Below are positions 10,701 through 22,800 of a DNA stretch of 64,000 nucleotides, piece by piece. The stretch's first letter is position 1, and each line of letters begins with the position of its first letter. This stretch comes from Catajapyx aquilonaris (taxonomy: Eukaryota): contig KZ538199.1 in NCBI GenBank assembly GCA_000934665.2, positions 1 to 64,000 of the forward strand, given 5' to 3'. The notes below the pieces were generated by a model. That model saw nothing but the letters and a program-made list of their open reading frames with translations. It was not told where the DNA came from and ran no database searches. The position numbers and the translations under genes were made by a program.

Positions 10701-12849
10701 AGTACATGTAAGGCTGAAATACTGAGCTTTTCATAGTAATGGCCTTGTCGCCTGCTAGTGGCGCAGGGTGGTCATCGAACAACTTGGAACAGTTCATGGG
10801 GTTGTCTGGTAGCAAGTATTGTGCATGCAGTACATGATTGCTGTTATTTTCTGTCTGGTATGGGTCCAGTGGAAGTGAAGCATTGCTTCAGTAATTAGTT
10901 ATCCAGTTGGCACTGCCGTGATTAAAACACTCATTGTCATTGCACTTGTGCTATGCAGGCCAGGTGTTCATACGTCAGGCATAATTGCAACCGTGACAAT
11001 GAGGGCGGGGCTGTCGATCCCGCGTGTATGGCATGACATGCGAGGGCGTGTCACCGATTGGTCCAGAAGACCAAGACGGTGGCGGGAAAGGAAAAGGGCG
11101 GGACGCCAGCTGAGGTCGACGACCGTGACTGCTTGGAGAGGGAGGGAAAAAAAAGATAAGGTGCGTTCAGTCGTGACACCTGATACGTCATACCCAATGG
11201 AGCGATGTAGGGTCTGTAATGAGTGACGTCACGGGGAGGCTTACCTTGGACCGGGGCTGGGCAGGATCAAGTCAGTGCTTGCTATAGGGAGGGCCCATCT
11301 GATGTCTTGAAGGAGGCGGAGGAGGCTGAGGTCTGCACCGGTTTTTTTGGCCAGTGGGTCACCTGACACGCTTCTTGGCTGGTCACGCCTCGTCGTGTCT
11401 GCTGGGAAAAAAGGAGCCGGCTTGCGTATGATTGCAGGTGACTTGATAGCGGCGGTAATGCGAGCGTGGGAGTAGGTCAGGGTCACGGTGGTGCATCGTA
11501 TTATGCAGGGTGTTTTGTCAACATTGGGTGGGTGCCAGTGCAGGTGGTTGGGATGCTGAGATGATGCAATAGTGGTAAGGAGCAGGTTTGGGGGGATGGC
11601 CAGGGTAGGGGTCGTGTCGGTGACCTCGTGAGGGGAGGGGGGGGGGGGATTTTAATTGAAGGGGCTTGTTTTGTGCAGGGTGCTCGCCTGGCGGTTTTTC
11701 AGGTAGGGTACAAGGTGTGTCAGGCTGAAAAGGGCTACGATGATTCAAATATGATACTTATAATATACAGTTTATTGATTCCACCAGGGGGTAGTAGTGA
11801 CGTCAATTGTTGGGTTCATTGACTGTTGACAGCTACTGTGACGTGTGGTTTCAGCAATAATAGTGCCCGGGAATAGTCCGTGTACACGAAAAAAATGAGA
11901 CGAGTGAAGTCCACACACCCATCTCCTCGTGTACAGTGTCCAGGTGAATCGACATGTTGTTACGAGTATTAGGTACTCCTTAGGGGCTGTCCATAAAGTA
12001 GTGGCTGCTACTTTTGGATATTTTAGACTCTTCCCCCGGCCTCAATTCCCATGTCACGAACAACCACGATGCCCCCTCAAAAATGTATCACTGCTGTTGA
12101 AGGATAGGAAGTGGGACCATATAGGGACTCCACCGATTTTGATTTTTTTACCCATGAAGTAATTTACGTAAAGCAATTAACAATACTGAAGCAGCTTGGT
12201 TATATTCAGGACGGGATTTGTTATTATTTACCCTAGAGCTCACATATAAAAGTTAACAGCAATACCGCGGGGGAGTTGCTCATTCCCAGTACACATCATA
12301 CCCCTTGGCATCGACCTGCCTATAGCTGTGAATACTATGAATATTATTTTATTAGGTCATTCACAAAATGACTAACGTGTGAGAACTTATTTTTACCTTC
12401 GAGCATGACATGATTGACATCATAATTATTCGGATTACCCCCACGTCACCCTGGCAGCAATCTTATTACACATCCCTTATTACACAGTTACCGTCCGTCT
12501 GCTACTGTCTATGACCATTGAAAGACTATGCTTGGTTGAATGAAGTAATCCTATTTTTAAATTATTCCCAATTGAAATCCGAGATAAATATTTTAGAATG
12601 ACCCTCCAAGTATACCCATTGTATTCCCTGGTCAATGATAATCCCTTTTTCCAAAGCCAGTTCTCCTTGTAGTGGTCAAAATGACGCTTCGACGACCCTT
12701 GCTACAAATATAGTGTTGTACATTTTTGCTGGGTATGCAAATGGTTCCAAACCACAATTAACTTCCTTTGCGGCTTTATCTGGGAAGCAGTGGAAAAAAC
12801 TTGAAATTTCTTTTGCCTTCCATTCAACTTGCTAGAATGGATAAGTAGG

Positions 12850-13330
12850 CTACTTGATAATCGGAAATGTCAGTGCGCGTCCGTAAAGCCGAACCGTAAA
12901 TATTTTGCAAATATTAGCCTGTTTACCTCATAGCCATACCGCCTCCACGACATGTGGCCGACATATGACAACGGCCACATTCAGTTATGCGTCTGTAGTT
13001 TGCGGGTGTTAGGATGAGGATGTGTCGTGCCATATCCGCTGAAGTAAACAGTGTGTGGTCAGGTAGGGAAAAATGTCAACATGTGCCAGCACGCAGCCGA
13101 ATCTAAGTACAGTGTATGTTCGCCCCCCGTCGACTTCAAGGCCATGCTATCGATACGTTTTACAATATATTCTCGTACGCAGTATATGTCAACCGGTGAA
13201 CCTGACAGACACATGTGCCGAGCGTTAAACCCTTCAATTAATTTTGCTGGCCAGAATTTATTGCCGGGCCAGCAGAAAAAAAGGGCAGCCTGCCCTTTGC
13301 CGTTCTGAACCCTTGTAAACAAGTGACAGG
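12850..13330 (+). promoter_or_regulatory. Putative promoter and first exon of the BH3-only gene
   Basis: Apparent onset of CpG-rich sequence. Inr-like TCAGTT at 12981-12986. Donor CAG|GTAGGG at 13062/13063 could splice to acceptor atctgcag|tt (exon start 15559). Forkhead cores TGTTTAC 12920-12926, GTAAACA 13044-13050 and GTAAACAA 13315-13322. Confidence 0.45.
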
Positions 13331-14178
13331 TGTCTTTGGTAAATGCATGCAAGGCGATAAAGGCGAAAAGGGCACACTTTGATAACGCAGTGAGTCATCC
13401 GACACTTGTTCAGTATTAAGACGCCGTGATTTCATTCGGCCTTCGCATCTTATCAATCCCTGGTCGGCCACTGATGAAGACGCTCTAGTAATGTGCGTCG
13501 CAAGTTATACCCTTCCCCCGGACATTGGGTTTGCATATAACATACCCGTGGGTGATGTCACCAAGGGATGCACCACCGCAATGAAGTAGATATGTGACGG
13601 GAGGAATAATGATGATGGGAGGAGAGTTGACAAGACTAACCCTTTTTCCAGGGGACATTGTTTTTTCCCCCCGGTTGGAAAACACCGGGTAAAGCGCGCA
13701 ACCCCTCAGGATAATAAGCAGAATAATAATTGGATCACAGGGCGGATTAAGAGTCAGGATGACGAATGAGATGCGAGCTGAGTCTCCTCAGCTAATGAAG
13801 TGGACTCCCAGCAAGAGATGACACTTGGCGCTAAATTCATTAAGTCTGTTGCACTTGGAGTTGTCACCCAATGGGGGAAAAATGCGGGTCCAATTAACCC
13901 CTGCGAAATAAGGAGCTTCCGAGGGGCGGAGGGAGGTGTGGAATTACTCAATTAAAACCTCGGTTCCTTTTTTTTTTGTTTTAAAAAGTCTGTGTTTAAA
14001 TATCGGGGCTTATTAAAATTCTGGGGAGGCAGAAACCGGGGGTCTGGGAAATAGCTTCCGCGGTTTCGGGTTTCAGCGGGCGATGGGGAATAATGGAGCA
14101 CTTCATTTCCATCGGGCGCTGATGCTGAGGGAAAGAAACTTGCTTATCTCTTGCGGTTTGAGGAGGAGGAGGGGGGGG

Positions 14179-14311
14179 NNNNNNNNNNNNNNNNNNNNNN
14201 NNNNNNNNNNNNNNNNNNNNNNNNNNNNNNNNNNNNNNNNNNNNNNNNNNNNNNNNNNNNNNNNNNNNNNNNNNNNNNNNNNNNNNNNNNNNNNNNNNNN
14301 NNNNNNNNNNN
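14179..14311. other. Assembly gap (N run) between a G run and a C run
   Basis: 133 N bases flanked by poly-G and poly-C tracts. Confidence 1.
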
Positions 14312-15581
14312 TCCCCCCCCCCCCCCTCCCCCCACACGGGTGCACTTGACACGTCCATTTCAGCCTCGTCACGTTTTCCGGCCCCAGAGGCCAAAGTGTC
14401 ATTTCGGCATCACTCGAGGCAACTGGGTGCATATGAAACGTGGAATAAGGTGGAAGTGGAGACACGAGGCCTGCTCCGGTAAAGTGGAGGTAGATTTTTT
14501 GGAGACTGTCCTTATATGCGGCTGGTTCCTTCTGAAGGGATTCTCCCCCTCCCGAGACTCAATTCGAATCTGCCCCCGAGGGGAATTGGGATAGAGAGAC
14601 GTACGTCTTGTGTGCAGGGAAATGCGATTATTCTGATGGATACAAGATGGAACCAAGGGAGAGACAGAGAGGGGCCTATCAATATCAGGTTGCGGGCCAC
14701 GAATGACCAATGCCTGGGGACACTTTGCATCTTGTCGGAGCATTTGATATCTCACTCGATTCAATATGCACAAGGGAGCGTTCTCTGGTTTCCATGATAT
14801 GGAGCTGTTTGGTGCTGTATAGGCACTGCTATACAGCTGTGTGTGACCCATGCCTGCTTCATCGAGTCAATAACACTTTTTTAATGGTTCCTGGTTTAAC
14901 CATCATCACCTCTATCACCCTCGTAAAATAATTTTATAGGGTGATTGTGTGTGTCTTATATTTGGTGTAGTGTTCTTGCCTTTGTGCGGTTGATATTTTT
15001 CTCACGACAACGGATGCGGAAACTGGCTTCTTGTTCCACACATGTCGAGTGCGGTCAGAATTGAAATACGAGATACGCAGTGGAGGTCTATCCTGTAGGG
15101 AACGGTACATTGATGGTTATGTATAGCATTTTTCATCGCTTATTATTAGCATACAGGCCTGTAAAACGTCGAACAGCTATTGTACACATAGTATGGTAAC
15201 AAGTATAACTTGCGAACATCCTGCCTGCGCTAGGTTTATGGACTTTGCCACTGATTAAGGCTATATATAGATGTTATTCGAGAGCAATAATGTGTCATAT
15301 ATAGGAACGCTGTCATCAGCGCAACTCGATATTGGTTAGCGCAGAGCGTCCAATATGATACAGCATAGTTTAACTTATGGGACTCGGATGTAATTACTAC
15401 TTTGCTGATTGAGCCGAGCGGAGGCTGTTTAGTTTGTAGCCGATACGTGTTGAGTATATTGTGAATTATATGCGTATACAGGGTTGTCAATATCTGTGGC
15501 AAGCACAATTCATTGTTCCTGGGCCACATAGGTGACCATATGTGTTGTCAATCTGCAGTTGGAGACGAAGCGGCAGTAGCA

Positions 15582-15963
15582 ATGATGGAAGACGACGTCT
15601 TTGAGGACTGCCTGGATCCGGTGGAGATGTGCGTTCTGGGCGACGGGCAGCTGCCTGCCGCCATATCCAGCGGCAGCATGCCCAGCAGCATCTTCGTCAG
15701 AGGAAGTGCTGGTGTTCCAGGCCAGGTCCATCGCGGAGGTGCTCGACCCAGGACGTCGTGGCGACGCGACAGCGGATATGAGCCCTCGCCCGGGGAGCTG
15801 TCTTTTCCATTCTCGCAGCCTTGCAGCCCTGGACACTCCAGGCTGGACCCCATCCAACTACAGGGCGACAGTTCCAATGCTCAGGAGGAAGAGGAGACAG
15901 GAAACACAGCCGGAAGGGACTCGAGCCCGCCCGTCACCATTCCACAACCTCCGTTACGTTTCA
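15582..15963 (+). CDS. BH3-only (Bim/Bmf/Bad-like) protein, coding exon 1 (MMEDDVF...PPLRF)
   Basis: Acceptor atctgcag ends at 15558 and ATG is at 15582 in context GCAATG. Contains EDDVF and RRDSGYEPS. Donor TTCA|GTAAGG at 15963/15964, phase 1. Confidence 0.85.
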
Positions 15964-16035
15964 GTAAGGATTCACATAGCTGGTTCTTGTTCGTTTGGAG
16001 TGTGGGGCGACTCATGGGGTATGTCTCTTCCGTAG

Positions 16036-16344
16036 CTCCAGATGCTGAACTGATGGAGTTGGAGAGCGGCTACGCCATGTCTATGCAAGGTGATGACGAG
16101 CTGGGGGCATGTTGTGTTGGTGGGCCCGAGGGCGAACCTCTTCGGAAGATCAAGCGTGCTCCACCCCCGCCCCTGGAGCTGATTCCGATGGAGCCTGATG
16201 ACCAAGGCTACCTGGACGGAGATGGTCTGCTGGACAGTCGTGGGAGCGACGACCTGGAGGCCAGGAGCATAGGCACCCAGACACCCAGCTCCAGCTTTGT
16301 GTTCACCTTCTCACCAGTGCAGGGCACCTATGGCTTCTTTTCAG
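16036..16344 (+). CDS. BH3-only protein, coding exon 2 (MAPK D-motif and LC8 TQT motif)
   Basis: Acceptor tctcttccgtag ends at 16035. Encodes RKIKRAPPPPLELIP and RSIGTQTPS. Donor TCAG|GTAGGC at 16344/16345, phase 1, matching the next exon. Confidence 0.85.
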
Positions 16345-19300
16345 GTAGGCTTGCATTGATTCATTTGTCGGTACCGAGCCTGCACCACACTGATCGAAAG
16401 TTGAATTTTCCGCCAGTATATAGAGCGCGGAGAAAAGTCGTCACGTCGCGTCGGTTTGAACTTGGCCGGGAAAGGGCCCCGATTCAGATTCGATGCATAA
16501 ATCGAATCAGCATTTTTCAAATATGATTGGGAGGGTTTTCAACATACTGGTCGCAGTTGAAGGGCGTAATGTAACATGGAGATGTGTGAGGGTGGGGAGT
16601 CCTTGTCCCGGCGAAGCAATTGGAAATCGTTTCCATATTGACTACCGCCGCTTTTGAAATCCCCTCCCTCCCTGGTGCAGTGGCGGATGGAATCAGTTCC
16701 AAGTCATCTGCTCCGCTGGGAAGCGTCCCCTATACGGAAAACTGGCACGAACATAACGTGACAAAAAAGAAAACGAGCAAAAGAAGGGGCTAACCTCCTC
16801 GTCGGCTCTTCTCGGCCGCCAGCGGGGAGGGAAAATTTTTGGGAAATATTGCCCTCCGATTTACATTCGAAGTTTTTCATTGAAAAAGAAAAGAGCGGCT
16901 GGAGGGGGTGGGTGGGNGGGGGAGAAACGAGGGTATATCGCTCAGCTCATTCGTTTATGTGGAGAATAACCGGGGGGACATAAATATTCGGTCGCCTTTT
17001 ACGATACGTCACTCGGGAGGTGGAAGTAAATGTATTGTGACTGAATGGGCGCCGGATTATGTTTTTGCGAAAGGGAAAGAGGGTAAAGAATAAAAAAATA
17101 TATATATTAGAGTCGAGATTAGGCGAGAGTCCCGCGAGACACTTGGTCCCTGTCATTTTGTCGTAAACACGAAGTCGTAATTCCAGGCCCAGTCCATCAT
17201 ATCTGGGAGCTGTATTTTCCCGCGGACTTATATTATTACGGTTTCCACTTTATCGGGGGGAGGGGTGGGGGGGGGGGGACGTCTTTTCGCATTCCAATGG
17301 ACTCCCACCAAATGAGCCGAAACAGGGCGCCCACCCCCCACACACTCGCATACTAGACCTCCGCATTTTTATGTGGCAGAATGTAAAGTAGCTGGGTTGC
17401 TCGGATTTGGTCCTCGGGAATGTCAAAATAGGAATATTTCGGGCGTGAAAAACTCGCGAAACTTTCTTGGCTGCTTTCCACGATGGTCTTGCGTCATATA
17501 GCTTCTGATGCGTCTGCTATATGTTCAGTAAGAAAATTATAAATTATAATTTATTATATTGTGAATGAAATGTTAATTCATGTTTTTTGATATTGACTGG
17601 CAATGGCGAAGTAAATTGTTCCTGAGGTTCTTTTGAATCGGGCGATGACAGGACAGGTATGGGGGCTGAGGAGATCGTGACTGCATCCTCTTGTCTGTTG
17701 GAAGCTGGTTTTCTTACCAGCTGAAGTCCACACGTGTTCTTTCAATTTGTTGCGGTTGAGTCCTCCCAATCAGTGATTTTCATTCCACCGCACAAAACGT
17801 TATTAAGTCGCTTCGCACAGCCACGGAACGAGCTCTCTAATCTCCTCTGATTGTGTAGATCCTGGGCTTTTTCTCTCTCTCTCTCCCCCCCCCCCGCCCT
17901 CCCCCTATACGTCCCACCCTCATCCCAACTGCTGCACGGCCTTCTTTTATACAAAAAGTGGCAGGCGAACAAAAGCGGACACTGCCAACTGATATTGGAT
18001 TTGTGGATTGGTTCCCTGGGAGTCGCAAAGACAAGATGAGCCTTGAATTTGTGGCGCTATACAGCTCACGTTTACACTCGTCCACATTGTCGGTGCATAG
18101 ATGATGGCCGATATTTTTTTTTGTAGCATTATGGGCATGTTGGCGTGGTTCAAGAAATAAACAAAATGGGCCTGTCTCATATGCTGACAGTTATAGTTGC
18201 GTAATAAGTTATTTGAATAGTGCGGGCCGTACTTGGCGAACTAACCGGTACCTGTACATTAGATGACACAGTGAACTCGGTGAGTTGTGATCGCTTAAAA
18301 GAAAATAGATGCGAGTTTTTTCACGTTTGAAATGGCTACAGGGGGTGCTTGGAAACTTTGCGAATTTAATTGTGAATTTTTATGGCGCAGGTGGCCCCAA
18401 ATATTATGGGGTTTTATATTTGCGCTACACTGGCATTTATTGATATTGCACTATTGCAATACCCGACTGTGCGACCTGTTGCTGGCAGTCGTTTTAAACT
18501 TCGGCTTCAGTTAGCAGTATAAGCAGCTCTGAAAAATTAGTCGGATAAAAATTATTAAACGGCCCATTTAATTTGAAACCAATTAGGAAATTCGTGACTT
18601 TCTCATCCAAATTTTCACAAAGTTAAGAGGAAGACAACTACTGCGTGACTGGACTTTCCATCGATCGCTGCCAGTACATTTTGTATACAGTATAGGATAT
18701 TTGCATCTGAACTACCTCTGTATCCGGATGACTTGCACTGCAATTAGCAACGCCTTGTTAGAAGGATTGTCATTGAAAACTGGGACACTAACGCAGTTAG
18801 TCGACGCAGTTTAAAAATGAATGAAATTAATATGGAGCGTTCCATATTCCGTGTCAACCGAGGAAGGAGGGGGGGGGGGGTTAGAATACTGCATTATCTA
18901 GTCAAGAAAATCTGAATGGTGCATTCAGATGTCACTGGCTGGCGCCTTCGCATATGATCCGTGTCGACCTGCGGGCTCTTAATCCTGCGTTTTCTTAGCT
19001 GCCCTCATGTCGACTGTCAAGATGTCAGCATCCTTGGAAACGAACAAGGATCCCAATTAGACTTGGCCTCTGATAAGCTGGCTGGGAAATCAATCTGGGT
19101 TTTTTTCTTCTTCTTCTTTCCCATCTACCTCCCACCCCCCCCTATACCCCAGCATCTCTCTCTCTTTTTTTTATGGTTCGACTAGTTGGGATGGGTTTTT
19201 GTTTGCGGATTTATTTATGGGGGGGTTAATTTGGCGTTCGACAGAGTGGTTCGGCAGCGGCAAAAAGAGTCCGAAGGCCCTCTTCAGCCGAGGATAAAAA

Positions 19301-19833
19301 GTGTTATTGTGGACGGGAGTTGGGATTTGAGTGGAGCGTTTGATTTAATTCGCCTTGGCAGTGCGTAACTTGTGCTCGATTGTCTCCTGGTGCTTTGGGT
19401 GGTCTCTGGGACTTTTTGTACGCACTTTGGGTAGTCCGGGTTTTATTTTTAATGCGGTGGATTTGTACTGGTGCTAGCAGCAAAGAGTTCAGGGTGTGGG
19501 TATGAAAGTGATAGTTGGATTGCGGAATTTGTGCTTGATTCCGGTTTTGTACTAAGTAGGTACAATGTCTGTCAGGTACTGTACCTGCCTGTGCAGGAGA
19601 TCCGGCAAAATATCCGGGGATAGGGCAGTAGTGACGGCTTGCGGGGACCGTTGACTAAAAATGGCGACGGAAATGGTCAAACCTCCGCATAATCGAGTAA
19701 GAATTTTGACGCTATAATATTTTATTATACCATCAAACGACAAGGGACTCGGGGTTATCCCAAACATGTATGTCGTCCGGGTCAATCCGGAGTTAGACAG
19801 TATGTACGAACAGTACAGTACAACATTGATACC

Positions 19834-22800
19834 GGTTCATACTGGCAATCCGTCTAGGGCCTATTGGCCGGGTCGACCCTTGAAGTCCCTGTCTAAGTGC
19901 GCACTCATCATTTACAAGTACAGTACTGTATCAATGCTGCTTATGTTATGGATACACGCCGCCAGGTGACAGCATGTTACCACGACCATGCCGAGGAGTG
20001 TAACAGCGCCTCTGGCGAGGGCATCAGTCGGTCAGAGAAGCGTCCTTGTTGGCGTTTTCGATGTGTGCTGACCTTCTGCCCCGGGGGGCTCTCACCGGAC
20101 TTGCGGACTATTGGCGACTTGACTTAGAAAGTGGGAACTTTTGTGCTCGGAAAACCAGTCATCAGTGGTGAATCCAAGCAATAGTGGGGCCGGCCCAGGG
20201 CAGACCACGTGGGTTCGGACTCCGGAGCCATGGGTGGAACCAGCGGGGGACCGATACAGTTTGATCCCGCAGATGGTCCAAGCTACGCTGGCGTCGGCAG
20301 AGAGGTAGGACGTAGGAGCCAGGGGCGGACAAGGGGCAAAAGGGGGGGTGTGCGGAAGGGCAGGGTTGGGGCAGTTGGGGGTGGGTGGGTGGGTGGAAGA
20401 GAGGCGTGCAGGCATGCATAGACCAGAATATCAAAGATGGCTGGATTTGGAAGATCAAAGATTGCGGTATTGGTCTTTTGGACCTGGCAACCTTTGTGAT
20501 TTCAGGTTAGGTTTTGGCGGGTTTTGCCAACGGATAAGGTGATTCAAACTAGCAGGAGTTGTCAGAGGTGTTCCTGTACATCAGCAATGCGACTTAACGT
20601 TGTGTCGTGGTTGTGGCAGTAGGCCACGTGCACCAAAAGGAAGGTTCATACTGGCAATCCCGGGCAAACCTAAGTGCGCACCCACCGGCACCCACCAATT
20701 GTACGGTACTGTAGCAATGCGGCTTATGTTTTGGGTGTACGCCACCAGGTGACAGCGTGTTACCACGACCCCACGACCACGAGGAGAAGTGTAACAGGCT
20801 AACAGCGCCTCTGGCGAGGGCATCAGTCAGTCAGTCAGTCAGAGAAGCGTCTCTTCCTCGAGGTCTTCCTGCATTTTGCGTGTAATGTATTGGTCGATGT
20901 AACCCTTTGCCGAGCCCTTTGCGCTTGGGTTTTCGGTGTGTGGTGTCCTTCTGCCCGAACTTCTGCCCGAACTTGTTGGCGACTTGACTTTAGAAGTGGG
21001 AACATTTGTGACTGGAAAACCAGTCGTCAGTGGTGAATCCAAGCAATATTGGGGCCGGACCAGGGCAGACCACATGGGTTCGGACTCCGGAGCCATGGAT
21101 GGAACCAGCGGGGGACCGATACTGTTGGATCCCGCTGATGGTCCAAGCTATATGAAGGCGTCGGCAGAGAGGTAGGAGCCAGGGGCGGACAAGGGGCAAA
21201 AGGGGTGTGTGCGGAAGGGCAGGGTTGGGGGTGGGTGGGAGGGAGGGAGGGAGGGAGGGAGAGATGGCGTGCAGGCATGAATAGACCAGAATATCAAAGA
21301 TGGCTGGATTTGGAAGATCAAAGGATTGAGGTGTTTGTCTTTTGGGCCTGGCAACCTTTGTGACGTCAGTCGATCAATATTGCTTTCGCTTAGGTTTTGA
21401 CGGGTTTTTCCAACGGATAAGGTGACCGTTATTTTCAAACTTGCAGGAGTTGTCAGAGGTATTCCTGTACATCAGCAATGCGACTTAAGGTTGTGTCGTG
21501 GTGGCAATAGGCTACGTGCACCAAAAGGAAGGTTCATACTGGCAATCCCGGGCAAACCTAAGTGCGCACTCAGCAATTGTACGGTACTGTAGCAATGCGG
21601 CTTATGTTATGGGTATACGCCACCAGGTGACAGCGTGTTACCACGACCCCACGACCACGAGGAGAAGTGTAACAGCGCCTCTGGCGAGGGCATCAGTCAA
21701 TCAGTCAGAGAAGCGTCTCTTCCTCGAGGTCTTCCTGCATTTTGCGTGTAATGTATTGGTCGATGTAACCCTTTGCGCTTGGGTTTTCGGTGTGTGGTGT
21801 CCTTCTGGCCCCGGGGCGGGAGGGGGGCGGCTCTGACCGAACTTGTTGGTGACTTGACTTTAGAAGTCGGAACATTTGCTACTGGAAAACCAGTCATCAG
21901 TGGTGAATCCAAGCAATATTGGGGCCGGACCAGGGCAGACCACATGGGTTCGGACTCCGGAGCCATGGATGGAACCAGCGGGGGACCGATACAGTTGGAT
22001 CCCGCTGATGGTCCAAGCTATATGAAGGCGTCGGCAGAGAGGTAGGAGCCAGGGGCGGACAAGGGGCAAAAGGGGGGTGTGCGGAAAAGCAGGGTTGGGG
22101 TGGGTGGGTGGGAGGGAGGGAGGGAGAGATGTCGTGCAGGCATGCATAGACCAGAATATCAAAGATGGCTGGATTTGGAAGATCAAAGGATTGAGGTGTT
22201 TGTCTTTTGGACCTGGCAACCTTTGTGACGTCAGTCGATCAATATTGCTTTCGCTTAGGTTTTGACGGGTTGTTCCAACGGATAAGGTGGCCGTTATTTT
22301 CAAACTAGCAGTTGTTGTCAGAGGTATTCCTGTACATCAGCAATGCGACTTAATGTTGTGTCGTGGTTGTGGCAATAGGCCACGTGCACCAAAAGGAAGG
22401 TTCATACTGGCAATCCCTGGCAAACCTAAGTGCGCACTCAGCAATTGTACGGTACTGTAGCAATGCGGCTTATGATATGGGTGCACGCCACCAGGTGACA
22501 GCATGTTACCACGACCACGAGGAGAAGTGTAACAGCGCCTCTGGCGAGGGCATCAGTCAGTCATTCAGAGAAGCGTCTCTTCCTCGAGGTCTTCCTGCAT
22601 TTTGCGTGTAATGTATTGGTCCATGATTGTAACCCTTTGCGCTTGGGTTTTCGGTGTGTGGTGTCCTTCTGGCCCCGGGGCGGGAGGGGGGCGGCTCTGA
22701 CCGAACTTGTTGGTGACTTGACTTTAGAAGTCGGAACATTTGTGACTGGAAAACCAGTCGTCAGTGGTGATTCCAAGCAATATTGGGGCCGGACCAGGGC

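Noticed and set aside
10920..11900. GC-rich block as an LTR/DIRS fragment or exon
   Set aside because: No paired LTR, TSD, PBS or recognisable peptide was found.
11981..12480. PIF/Harbinger-type MITE starting AGGGGCTGTCCATAAA
   Set aside because: The matching right TIR is too degenerate to support.
13471..13505. Hammerhead-like CTGATGA-A-GACGC...GCGTC-GCAA
   Set aside because: Extra base before stem II, GCAA instead of GAAA, and no convincing stems I/III.
15513..16526. 337-aa single-exon ORF as the complete protein
   Set aside because: It starts in intronic sequence before the acceptor at 15558 and runs past a strong donor at 16345. The spliced model explains it better and supplies the BH3.
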